Assembly: GCA_036172245.1 (NCBI GenBank)
Contig: JAYWIR010000006.1
Span: forward strand, 4,030,001-4,094,000
Length of the DNA stretch: 64,000 nucleotides
Direction: 5' to 3'
Origin: Raillietiella orientalis
Taxonomy: Eukaryota
Shown here: positions 11,901-22,300 of the stretch, piece by piece
How the letters are laid out: each line of letters opens with the position of its first letter
How positions within the stretch are numbered: position 1 is the first letter of the stretch
Made by a program: the position numbers and the translations under genes
Notes under the pieces: generated by a model
Database searches by the model: none
What the model was told of the DNA's origin: nothing
Seen by the model: only the letters and a program-made list of their open reading frames with translations

Positions 11901-14900
11901 ATTCTGTATCAAATCAGATTGGCAGAATGTTAATTTCTTAGTTTTTGGTCCCTGCATAATTTCATTCCCCAAATAAATTCCTGAGAAAGCAAATCTTTAA
12001 AAGACATTAATAATACATATAACATAAAACAATTTTATATATGGTAATTCATGAATTGTTTCTTGATATCTAGATATTGAATTATAACTATATTTATTCT
12101 ATAAATTCATTGCTCCTCATATATCCACATTGGCTTTGCTTTGATTGGTCAATGGGGTGTATACCAGTCATCAAAGATGAGAAAGATTACCGAATATGCT
12201 TTGTTTTTGTATTTTGGGCAACATGCTATATATGGATTCAAAAACTCTGGAAGTGTCAAAACTTTCAACAAAGGTTCCTTTTTGTTGTTTACAACCACAT
12301 GTTTTATTGACAAATTTTTTTCAGGCAAATTGCTTTTGTTTCGTTACTGATGTTTATTTCTTTCCTACCTTCAATGAATATTTTTTTCACTGTTGGATTT
12401 GTAGTAGCAGAACGCAACTTGTATTTTCCTGCATTGGGATTTTGTCTCATTGTTTCTATTGGATATCAGAAACTTGCATCTATGTACCCTGTGTCATGGA
12501 AAAATCTGGTAAGGATGTTTCAAATGTTAAGTGACGTTTATAAATGGATTTTAATTAATTCATTGAAATGATTTTTATTTATTTTAAAATTGGCTGCCAG
12601 CAGCATCATTTTTTGATTATGCACAAAACATATTTAGTGGGCACATTTTCAAATGCTGTGCCATGATTGCTTATCCTTTTTAGGTAGAGTTTGTATATAA
12701 TGTTTTTCCTTGTCATCTGATTGTGTTCCTGTTTTTGGACGAATGATAAAACGTAATTTGCATTTAGGGTTTCAATCATGACTATTTTTGTTTGCATGTT
12801 GGTTGTTTGATTCAGACACTTAGTTTTTAAACCTTAGTTGTTGTGGTATTTTTTATTCTTAGTTCCAACTCTGATCCCAAGTAAGTTCAAGCATTAATTT
12901 CCAGATTTTGAAGATGTGCATCGTTTACCTTATTTGTATCTTCTTTATCAAAAGTTTGAGAAGAAGTGGACAGTGGGTTGATGAAGGTGCATTGTTTCCT
13001 TCAGATATTGCAGTTTGCCCTTGGAATGCCAAGATCCATTACAATATTGCCAAACTTTTTGGAGACAGCGGAAACTCTCTACTGTCGGAAAAATACTATA
13101 AATCTGCTATTAGGTAAATTAATTTGTCATTGTCATTTTTCTGCAAATAACCATAGCAGAGTACTAAATGTGTATATGTGTATCTTGCATAAATAAGATC
13201 ACTTCTGTAGAAGTAATTTGTGTGCCTATTTATTTTATGATTCTAGTTGGTAATTGAAAGTAATATGCAAGTTGATTATAATTATTAAAATCTTTCAGTC
13301 TCAATCCAAGATATGAACATGCAATGAATAATTTAGCCAACATTTACAAAGACAGGGGAATGTGGAATGAAGCAAAAGATTTACTTTTGCAAGCAATACA
13401 TTTGAGGTGAGTGATTTTTACAGAAAATAATCTTCAACATTCATATTGTTGCATAGAAATTTTGGCGAAACAGGCTGGATTTTTTTTTTTAATTACGTCG
13501 CAGTTATCAATCATGAAAAGGAACCTAGTAAAAGATGTATTTTTTATTTTTTCCATGCGTGTAATTCGCCCTAGATTAGTGCCATGTGCATAGAGGCCCA
13601 CTATACATTCCATTTTTAATGAGTCAGTTTTGATGTCTATTTGTTTGCATGGAAGACGTTTGATTTTTCATGTAACTCTCGAGGAACTGAAGTTCTCAGA
13701 TCTACAGACAACTTGCATTAGAAAGCAACCAAATGAAAAATTTCAGTTCTCATCTTTAGGCCTGGTCTTCAGATGCAAGCCTTTTTACATGTGCAGTGGG
13801 AAAATTTGTTAGTACTTTGCGCTTGAAAAGGAAATCCAGATTTAAGCACACCATGAAACAGCATTAAAAAAATGGAGTTGTATGTTCTTAATGCAGAGAT
13901 TCTTATATGGCAGGGGATGTTTTCATGATGAGAAAATGGAAAATGAAGCAAAAGAAATAACACGAGCCTAGAGATTGTATTGTCTTGATGGTGTTTATTG
14001 TTAGGGCATTTCCATGTTGTGTTGGGCAAGATTGGCGTGAGTAAAGGTAAAGTTTGCAAGGTTCATTGGGCTACACATGACTTTCCTTATTAGCATCATT
14101 CAATCATTTGTAAGACCAAATCTTTTTTTTTTTTTTTTCATTTTCTAAAGTTTCACAGTCGAATGGAATGAGAAGAACCTGTGAAAGTCATTAGAATGAG
14201 CTTACAATTAGAATGATATCCTGGAAGGTGCTGAAGTGCTCAATCTTACACCAGCAATTAAATTCATAATTAGTTCATAGATGTATACTGGTTACAAATT
14301 ACTGTTGCTGCTTCACCAAAGGAATGTGCATAGGAGATGCGTATTATGTTTTATTCAATTAATACTTTGTGGAAGGTTGCGTACTAGTTGTCGTATTATC
14401 ATGTAAATGTTTGTCTTGTTATATCATAATGTTTGATATTTACCTAGGATTTCAAGACCGACTTTTCTTTGAAATATTAAGAACTTAATCTATCCAATTT
14501 ATATGAAAGAATTGTTTAAAAATTTATTTAGAAACAAGGAATAGAAATGATCTCCTCTTAGATGTTGTATCACTTGGAACTAAAAAGTGTGATTTGAAAA
14601 CATATCTTTCAACTTGGAGTGAAACCTATTGTCTGAATGTAAAATCTGTCCTATTTGCAACACTCTTGTTGAATTACGATTATTGATATTCCCTGAGTGC
14701 ACATGTGTAAAGCTGCTTTGTTGTAGATCAGATTTTGCTGCTGCTTGGATGAATTTAGGAATTGTGGAAATTTCTTTGAAGCATCCTGAAAATGCAGAGA
14801 AAGCGTACTTCAAGGCATTGGAACTTAGACCCAAATATGCAGACTGTTATTTTAATTTAGGCAATTTGGTATGTACAATTAGTACATTAAAATGTCATTA

Positions 14901-15901
14901 TTCATGTGTTTGGGTTTAATCTTTTTTCTCATGCACACACAGATCTTGAGTTAGAAACAAATTCTTGTGTGAACGATGGTCACGTGCTGCAATTTCCGAA
15001 TAGAGTACGATGTAGTGTTTCTTCTTGAAACCGTATTCTGTATAGCCACGAAACAGTTTACCGAGTAAACGTAGTATGTTACAGATAGGATGACGAACAG
15101 TTCTTTGAATATAATTTCGTTATTATTCTAGGTTTTCTTTTTAAAGGCATGAAAAATAAACTCGGTTTCTTTGTTGCTATGCCAGCTGAAATGGTTGTGT
15201 ATATATCATGTGTTTCCTTCTGGAAAAGGATGGAACTTGAAATTCTATAAATTACTGGATGGAAGTGTTGGAATGAACATAATATATTTAGTATTTTTAA
15301 CTTTAAAATTCTTGATCTAATACCCCAAATAAAATATTTAATTATTGATGTTTTTGAAAAATCCGTAATCTTTTATGTGTATTTAAAAGTATTTGGAAGA
15401 AAACAAAAAGTCTCAAGCTTTAGCAGCATGGGAGAAGGCTGTTGCATTAAAACCTGATCATAAACATGCGTGGATAAATAAGATTATTTATTTGGATACT
15501 GCAGGTAATGTTAATGTGTTAATAAAGTAGAATAACTTGTTATTGCAAATTCAGATCAGTGTGGGAAAGCGGTTGTCGAATGTGAAAAAGGATTGGCCCT
15601 CCTGCCTAATGAAGCAGGTTTACATTTTGCCTGCGCCAATTGTTTTGGTAAAATAGATCAGTACGAACAGTCAGAGAAGCATTTCCACAAAGCAATTGCT
15701 CTACAGCCAGGGAACCCTACCTATGCCACTAATTTAGGTGAGACTGAAAAACTTGATGAATACTTTAAGTGCTTTGAAATCCAAGGTATCTTGTATCATC
15801 GGTGGAAGAAGTATGATTTGGCTAAAGAGATGTATCAGTATGTGTTGTCATTCCGTCCAGATTACATACCAGCCCAAAAAAGTCTATCAATTCTTCCCTA
15901 G
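8984..15901 (+). CDS. TMTC4: Protein O-mannosyltransferase TMTC4 (multi-pass TM region, DUF1736, TPR repeats), 12 exons, ~700 aa
   Basis: Exons 8984-9225, 11056-11230, 11393-11569, 11623-11874, 12074-12273, 12325-12508, 12905-13113, 13299-13406, 14727-14868, 15390-15504, 15555-15737 and 15786-15901 join in phase (2103 nt). TMTC motifs: FVFDD, NDFWG..SHKSYRPLTVLSYR, LFAVHPINTEAV..IVGRAD, SKEQGI, DNP, PHWLCFDWSMGCIP, VGFVVAERNLYFP. TMTC4-type motifs: CPWNAKIHYNI, DFAAAWMNLGIV, LYHRW. The start ATG at 8984 is inferred. Confidence 0.93.
9429..9545 (+). repeat. Dispersed AT-rich repeat, copy B (in TMTC4 intron 1)
   Basis: Same orientation as copy A at 7188-7319, sharing the 19-nt identical core and similar flanks. 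Confidence 0.7.
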
Positions 15902-16044
15902 TTTACTGAAAACCTCAATTAATATTTAAGATTCTTGTAATATGTGGAACTGAATGGTGTCCTATTTTCAGAATATATTGTTAAAGACATTAAGTTTTCT
16001 CGATGATTTGAATATTCATGTAATCACGCATTTGCGTATTGATT

Positions 16045-16366
16045 ATGGCATTGAGGCCAAATATCGACTTAAAGTCTCGGGAATTGTTCATGCGTTGGTT
16101 TTCAACTCCAGGAGTGCTTGAACAACTGAATCAGGATATTGCATGCATAATTTCAGGTCTGCATTGTGCCATATACGTAGTTAATATTTATGAATGTCAT
16201 GTTTTAATAAGGAAAGGGAACGCAGATTCTACATGAGCTGCAAGTTCAGTTAGAAAGAACAAAAGCGTTAACACAAAGACAAGATACAGCACCTCCTCCA
16301 CCATCACCCAATGCTTCCATTTGTAGCAATATTTCGAAATCATTGGAAAGTCAGTGTAATAAACAG
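16045..16366 (+). CDS. PP2A B'' N-terminal exons 1-2 (AT-rich codons)
   Basis: ATG at 16045; GT-AG intron 16157-16211 (55 nt). Exon 2 encodes ..QDTAPPPPSP.. and ends in phase 0 at cag|gttag, compatible with the phase-0 exon at 35861. Confidence 0.75.
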
Positions 16367-19300
16367 GTTAGAAAACACAAGCCCAATTACTAGCAGATAA
16401 AGAGTAAACTCTTTCATTCAATCATTTCGAATGCCCCTTGCGTAGACCAAGAGCTTATTTCTCCGAACCGCAAATCCTCGTTAATCGGTGTTCAAAGCGG
16501 TATGGACCTCAGCGTCGTAGATGCCGTCTCTTGCCGTCTGAACTGTGCGGTCCCCGAACGTTTTTCACACGATTCCGTTGATAAACAAAACGTCGCGGTT
16601 GTCTGAATTTATCCTATGTGCTTTGCTGTAAGAAGGTAAGAACATATTGTGAAGCGCACTTGTGGAAGATGGGGAGAGGTGGAGGGGGGAAGGGGCGTAT
16701 CGTAAGAAGAAGAATGGGGCGTAATGGTCCTTCATGCCGAATCTTCGCCTCGGTCTTCACAGAACAGCGGAGGGCGAGACCAACCGTTATGCGAAGCCTT
16801 TCCAACGGGACAATACCTTTTTGCAAGCATCACCGTCCTTTTTCCCATTCGTTTCTCTCGAATGTCTGCAGTGTGCGCAGGGCGTACGTGCAGTCGCTTG
16901 CCAGCGGAGTACCTTATCTGATGGCTTACCTATCCCAGTAAATAAGTGTGCACACATCGGTAGGTTTTCTGGTCCCTGGAATCGATGCTACCCTCAACCG
17001 TGGCTGCCGTATGTGCAGACAAGTTGATGTTAATGTGCGCTGCAGTATTCCTAGGTGGTGAAGCTTCACTTTACGCATTTTTTTTTTTTTTTCCTTGCGC
17101 CCTCCCCCCCTCACCGCCCCCGCTTTTCATTTGCAGCATCATTTCGTCAGATAACTGGAATAAATGTGTTCTGATTAAATTGCCATACTTGGTGCGTACT
17201 GTGCGACGTGCCAATGGTGCAAAGGGGAATTCTTTGAGGGCATTTGTTTTTTTTTTTTTTTTTTGTTTTTTTTTTTTTGAGAACTGAATTTGTGCCACGT
17301 TTTCTTAATGGCTCATTTTTCACGTGTATCAATAGTTTGGTAAAAGCTTGCTTTTTCGACCCTGCCATTGTGTTCATTGCATTCGAAAGCAGTCTGGAGT
17401 TCAGTTCATTCATTATCGGGCATTTCATTGCCAGCAGCATCCCGCGTTTCTCTCAGCGATACATTCTTCCGATAATTCTGCAACGCAAGTCTTGTTTGCG
17501 AAACTCACCACTGCACAGTGACTCCATTCAAAATCAAGCAGCTTCTATTGTCTGCTCCACGCAGCGTAAAAGCCGAGGAAGCACTTTCTTGAATGTTTTT
17601 TTTTTTTGATTTGCATCTCTCCTCCCCCCCCCCCACCCTTTCCAAACGCACATTGGGCGTGCGCCAGGGGCAGAGGTGTGTGCCTCGGGGTCGGTCCACA
17701 CGCAGAGCACCACGGCGCGGTGCGCTGTGCGGGAAGACAACCAGGCGGATTCCTCCGTAAGCGAACCATTTTTCCTTGTGACTTTTGAAGAATCTCGGTG
17801 CTTAATTATCCAGTGTTTTCTCCCTTGTCTGCACGGACAAGGAGGGTCCCTGCGCGTCATTAATAAACGTCAGCCGTGGCGCTCCCTCCTCATCACGTGG
17901 AATTGTGGAGCTCCAAATCTCGGAAGACGGGTCCGTTTCAAGAGCACGAACTCTTTCGGGGCGTCTCTCTGGAGACGCGTACCTTTTAAGATCAGTCTTG
18001 GATTGCAAACGATGCGGTGGTACTGGACGCTGAGGAAGCGTCGTGGTTGCAAGAGTCTGTCAAATGCGCGGCGGACCAGGAAGTTTTAATTTTTGCGCAG
18101 GAGCTTGCCTCCCGTCGTATTCTGCGTTGGCTCGACGGAACCTGCATGTGAAGCTAGCGTCCCCACTGTGCCAAAAAGGAACGGGAAAAAGAAAAAAAAA
18201 TCCCTTCTGGGACTCTGACGTCAATTTTGATCTTTTCCTTCGACGGCTTCATTCCGAAGACGAGGCACACTGTGTTTGGCGCACTGTATTTGGTTCTGCA
18301 CTCTCCCCTAATCTTCCGGAAGACATCTGATCGTTGATTACTCAGCAACCCTGCTGTGCAATTCCGCTGCCTCGCGAAACGCGCGGTCGCGCCGCGCCCG
18401 CCCCGCAGGGTCGCGTAGTCGTCGGTTCCTTCTCTCTCGGCGCGGAACCCGTGGCGCCGTGCACCCTTCTTGAAGAGAGGGTTTCGTTTTCGCCCCGGTC
18501 GGGTTCCGATGGCTTTTCCCAGGAGGCCGCAACCCACTCGCTGTCGCATTCAACCGCGAGCGTTCGCGAATCGATTCCCGGTCCGTTCCCACAGGAGACG
18601 CGCGTAGCCGGTGGACGGATGGCAAGAACGGAGCTGGGAAACGCCGGTCCCTACTTCCGCGAGTGGCACACCATCTGCTAACGAGGATACTAAATCCACC
18701 AGCCGGGTTGTCGCACAACGGAACGTGGGAGAATCCTGCGCTAGGTCCGAGGCTCGTGTGCAGTTTCTCGAGTGGGGCGTGGGGCACAAAAGAGGATCCA
18801 GGGGAGGACGAAGGAAGCAATTGTGACCTCGAGCGGTTGCGGTCGAGTTCAACTCACAGGGAACGCTCATGAGCTCGCCGCCCGTGGTTTGCCTGGGAGA
18901 TCCAGATCCCGCCCATCTTTGTCCAAAGGGGAGGAGGTTCTGGTCTACCGGAAGTGCACCTTTTTTTTTTTTTTTTTGATGCACGCTTTCCTTCGGGCAG
19001 CCTCTTCCGCTACACTCGTGAGAAAAGTAAAAGCGTCTTCGCGAGATTTAGGAGGTTGACCCTAGCCCGCAGGAGGTTGCAGAGGAGCAGCCACGCTTCT
19101 CCCACGACACTTCCTTCTCCCCTCGGTCCGGCCTGCGAAAGAAGAAGGAGCAGCGCCCAGGGCGACCCACCTCCACGCAGCCCAAATCGTCCAAAGCCGC
19201 GCCAGGCGAACGGAGGCACCGCACCTCTGAGTTGTTCAGGCGCACGGGCACGAGGGCAGAAACGAGATGTCGCTGCATTAAGGGACGAAGAACCGGAAGT

Positions 19301-22300
19301 GCCCAGCCAGCTGGTCTTTGCTCCGTTGGTCCCATTCTCGCGGGTTAATCGTACGACCCGCTTCCTTGCCGTCTTCCCATGGAACTGGCCGTCGCACACG
19401 AAATGGAGTGGCAGACAGGCCGGTCAGCTCGCGGGGGCAGAGGAGGAGAAGCGAATCGGCGCCTCTCTTTCAGCAGTGATCAAAGGTGGGTAGTCGGAAG
19501 TCTTTTTGCCGTTGACTCTGGTTGAGAGATACACGCGATCTCTGCGGGGCCTCCTGAGGCTTTCCAGAACTTTCCCTAGCTCGCATGGAGGTGCTCTTGT
19601 GCTCATCTATCGTGCAGGGGTGGGAGAGGAGACCAGGAAGCTCCCGCTTGGAGCTCTGCCGAGGCCCCGAAGGCAGGCAAGAGAAGCCACGGGAGCGACT
19701 TGCGAGCGGCGGCCGGGCGAAAGAGGAAACACGTCCCCACTTTGGCTGCCCCACGCCAGGATCGGAAAGGAGAGAGCAAGCCGAGTGCTGCTTTCTGTCT
19801 GAGACCCCCTTCCCGCCTCTCCTGCGTGCTGTCCCAGACAAAGCGTAGGGGAAGACCCCTTCATGGCCATGGATGCGTCCGGACGCAGCCAGTGCTGCGC
19901 ACCGAACGGGTCCGGCACGGGGGAGGGGGGGGGGAAGAGTTTGGCACAAATGAGCCGTTTGTGTGCCTCAAGGGAAAGGTCGTTTCTCTCGGCCGAGTAC
20001 GACAAGAAGCAGCAGCCACCGTGCGTCCCTGCTCGTACGGCGATCACCACCGATAGCGGTGGGACGTCTTCGTCTTTACCGCTCGGATGCTTCGTTTCCC
20101 TTGTGAGGAGTCCGAGTGGTGGATGGACGGGATGCTCCTTGATTCTCCCTCTCCTTCTTTTTGCTCGTTTCTGGCATTGTAGGAGGCGGACTGTCAGAAA
20201 CTCGCGGGAAGGGGAGACGGCGACCGAGCGAGTTTACGAACGTTCGATTGCTCGCTCGTCCTGCTATCTGCCACCTTTCGCTTCAGGATCGTTCTCCTCA
20301 TTAAATGATAAATAACGCAGAGTCTCTTTGGGCGACGTAAAGATTGCCGAATGGTTTTCCCTATTCTTTCCTTTTCCTCTCAAGACCTTCCTTCCTCCTC
20401 CTCTCTCTTCGCCCACACTCAGAATCTGTTCATCTTTCTGGCTTGTGTCGCGGCGTGATAGGAAAAGGTGAACGATAGGAGCCGCTTTCTCCCTGCTCTT
20501 CCTCTCCCTCCTGTGATTCGGAACGTTCTCACAGCGGCTCACCCACCAAACTTTCCCCCGTCAACCCCGCACCAGGACCCCCAGGACTTTCTAATCCTCT
20601 GGGTTCGAACGTTTCATTCCGTCAGGTTTCGTTTTGGGAAAATGGAAAGCGGGAGGAAAGGGAGGCCCACCCCGTTCTTTCGTTTTCGTACTTCTAACAC
20701 TCCCTCTGCCCTCCTCCCCCTGCAGCGGGAGTTCGCGCCGCGCCACGGGCTGGCCGGCTTGCCCATCCGTCCCACATGGCAAGCCCCCCCCCACACACAC
20801 ACACACCTGCGGAGGGCACGCCGCGCGCGTTTCGTTCGTCCCCGCGGAAAACGAGCCGTGCGGAATTCGCCGATTCATCGAAAAGTCGGTGAAGGCAAGA
20901 AGGACGATGCGTGCGCAGAAGCGGGGCGCCTCTGCGCACCAATTCACTTATCGCCGATCTTCCGCGCAGCGCGGGGCGGACGGACGCCATTCAAGGGGTT
21001 CAAGTTTCGACCCACGCAGGCGGCCGGCGGCAGCGTTACCCGTTCGCGGCGGAGGTCCCCGCCGTGTTCCCCGGGCGCCATTTTCACTTTTCGCGGTTTC
21101 CCTCTTCTTCCCGATCTAGGTGCGCCCACGAAGCTCGTTAAGGAGGAAGGGGGAGGGAGAGAGGGTGGCGTGCGCGAACCGGTGTCCAACCTTGGAGGGG
21201 GATGGAGGCTGCTCCTTCGGTCACTGGAAGTCGCGGCGGCGGATTTCGGACGAAGGGGCGATGGGGCGCTCTCACCTGGTCCGCCCTCGACATGCAAAAT
21301 CGGAAAACTCCGCGGTGCGTTCCAATCCGCCTCTGCTGCGTGACCTGGGCGCGAGCGATTGCTGGAAGGTCAATCATCGATTGGCGTGGAAAAATGACTT
21401 AAGATGAGGCCAATCTACCCCTGGAGAGGGTGGCTGGAATGCTAGCGTTCGAAGTGACTCTTCCCCGTGGCTTCTCGGATCCTTCGGAAGAAGCTGGAGA
21501 GTTGAAACCCCGGGAAGGAATGTTTTCCTGGTGTTGTGAGCGGGGTCGAGCTAACAGCACATCCTTCCCGGCGGGCGTGATTCGCCTTGCTTGAGCGCAA
21601 CACGACTTTCGTAGTGTGCTCCAAGCGTCATCGCGTGGTACATGGCGTGGCAGCCGAGTGCCGGAGTGCGTCGTCGAGCCGCGATGAAAGCGAACGCGGT
21701 TTTCACGAGGCGAAGAAGAGTGAGGTGTAGGTGGAGGGAGGGGCGGGGGGATGCTCCTACCAAAGTTGCCTCCGCCTTCCCGCACCGGTCGGGAGATGCC
21801 TGCCTTCGTTTCCAGAGCGTGGCGGTTGCTGCCTTTCCTGACGGTCCCAAAGGGAGCCCCGCCGCAGAAGCCACCAGGCGGCGGCGGCGGTGGCTGTGTT
21901 TCGAGAAGGCAGCAAGGGGTTCCTCTCAAGGCGCCAACGCTGTGGTTTGCCTCCTCGCGAAAGCGGCACCACAAACTCTGTGCAGAGTGGCTGGCTGGGG
22001 GTGGGGCTGGGTGGGGGAGCCGCCGCCGCTCACGTGCCTGACACGCCAGAGCGACGGAAGACTCTCCCCGCGGCATGGTGGTCGAAGTGCCCAGGGCAGC
22101 GGCGCCAGAAGTCTGTCATTTCCGAATTTCCCCTTTTTTTTTTTTTTTTCTTTTCCTTTTTCCCCCTCTTCTCCATGGGTGCTTCACACTCCGTTAACAA
22201 GCAGCGGCTCTGCCGAAAGCTCTCCAGGGGCCACGTCGCAACAGGCGAGCGCGTGCACGTGCGGGCATCGCGTGTGCCCAAGTGTTGGGCGTGAGATGGG

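Noticed and set aside
9226..14726. Box C-like ATGATGA motifs in TMTC4 introns (~10268, ~13925) as snoRNAs
   Set aside because: No suitably placed CTGA box D or terminal stem.
16446..16606. Possible third PP2A exon after the acceptor cgtag (16445)
   Set aside because: From the phase-0 donor at 16366 it hits a stop quickly. It works only with an alternative donor at 16350 and shows no family motif.
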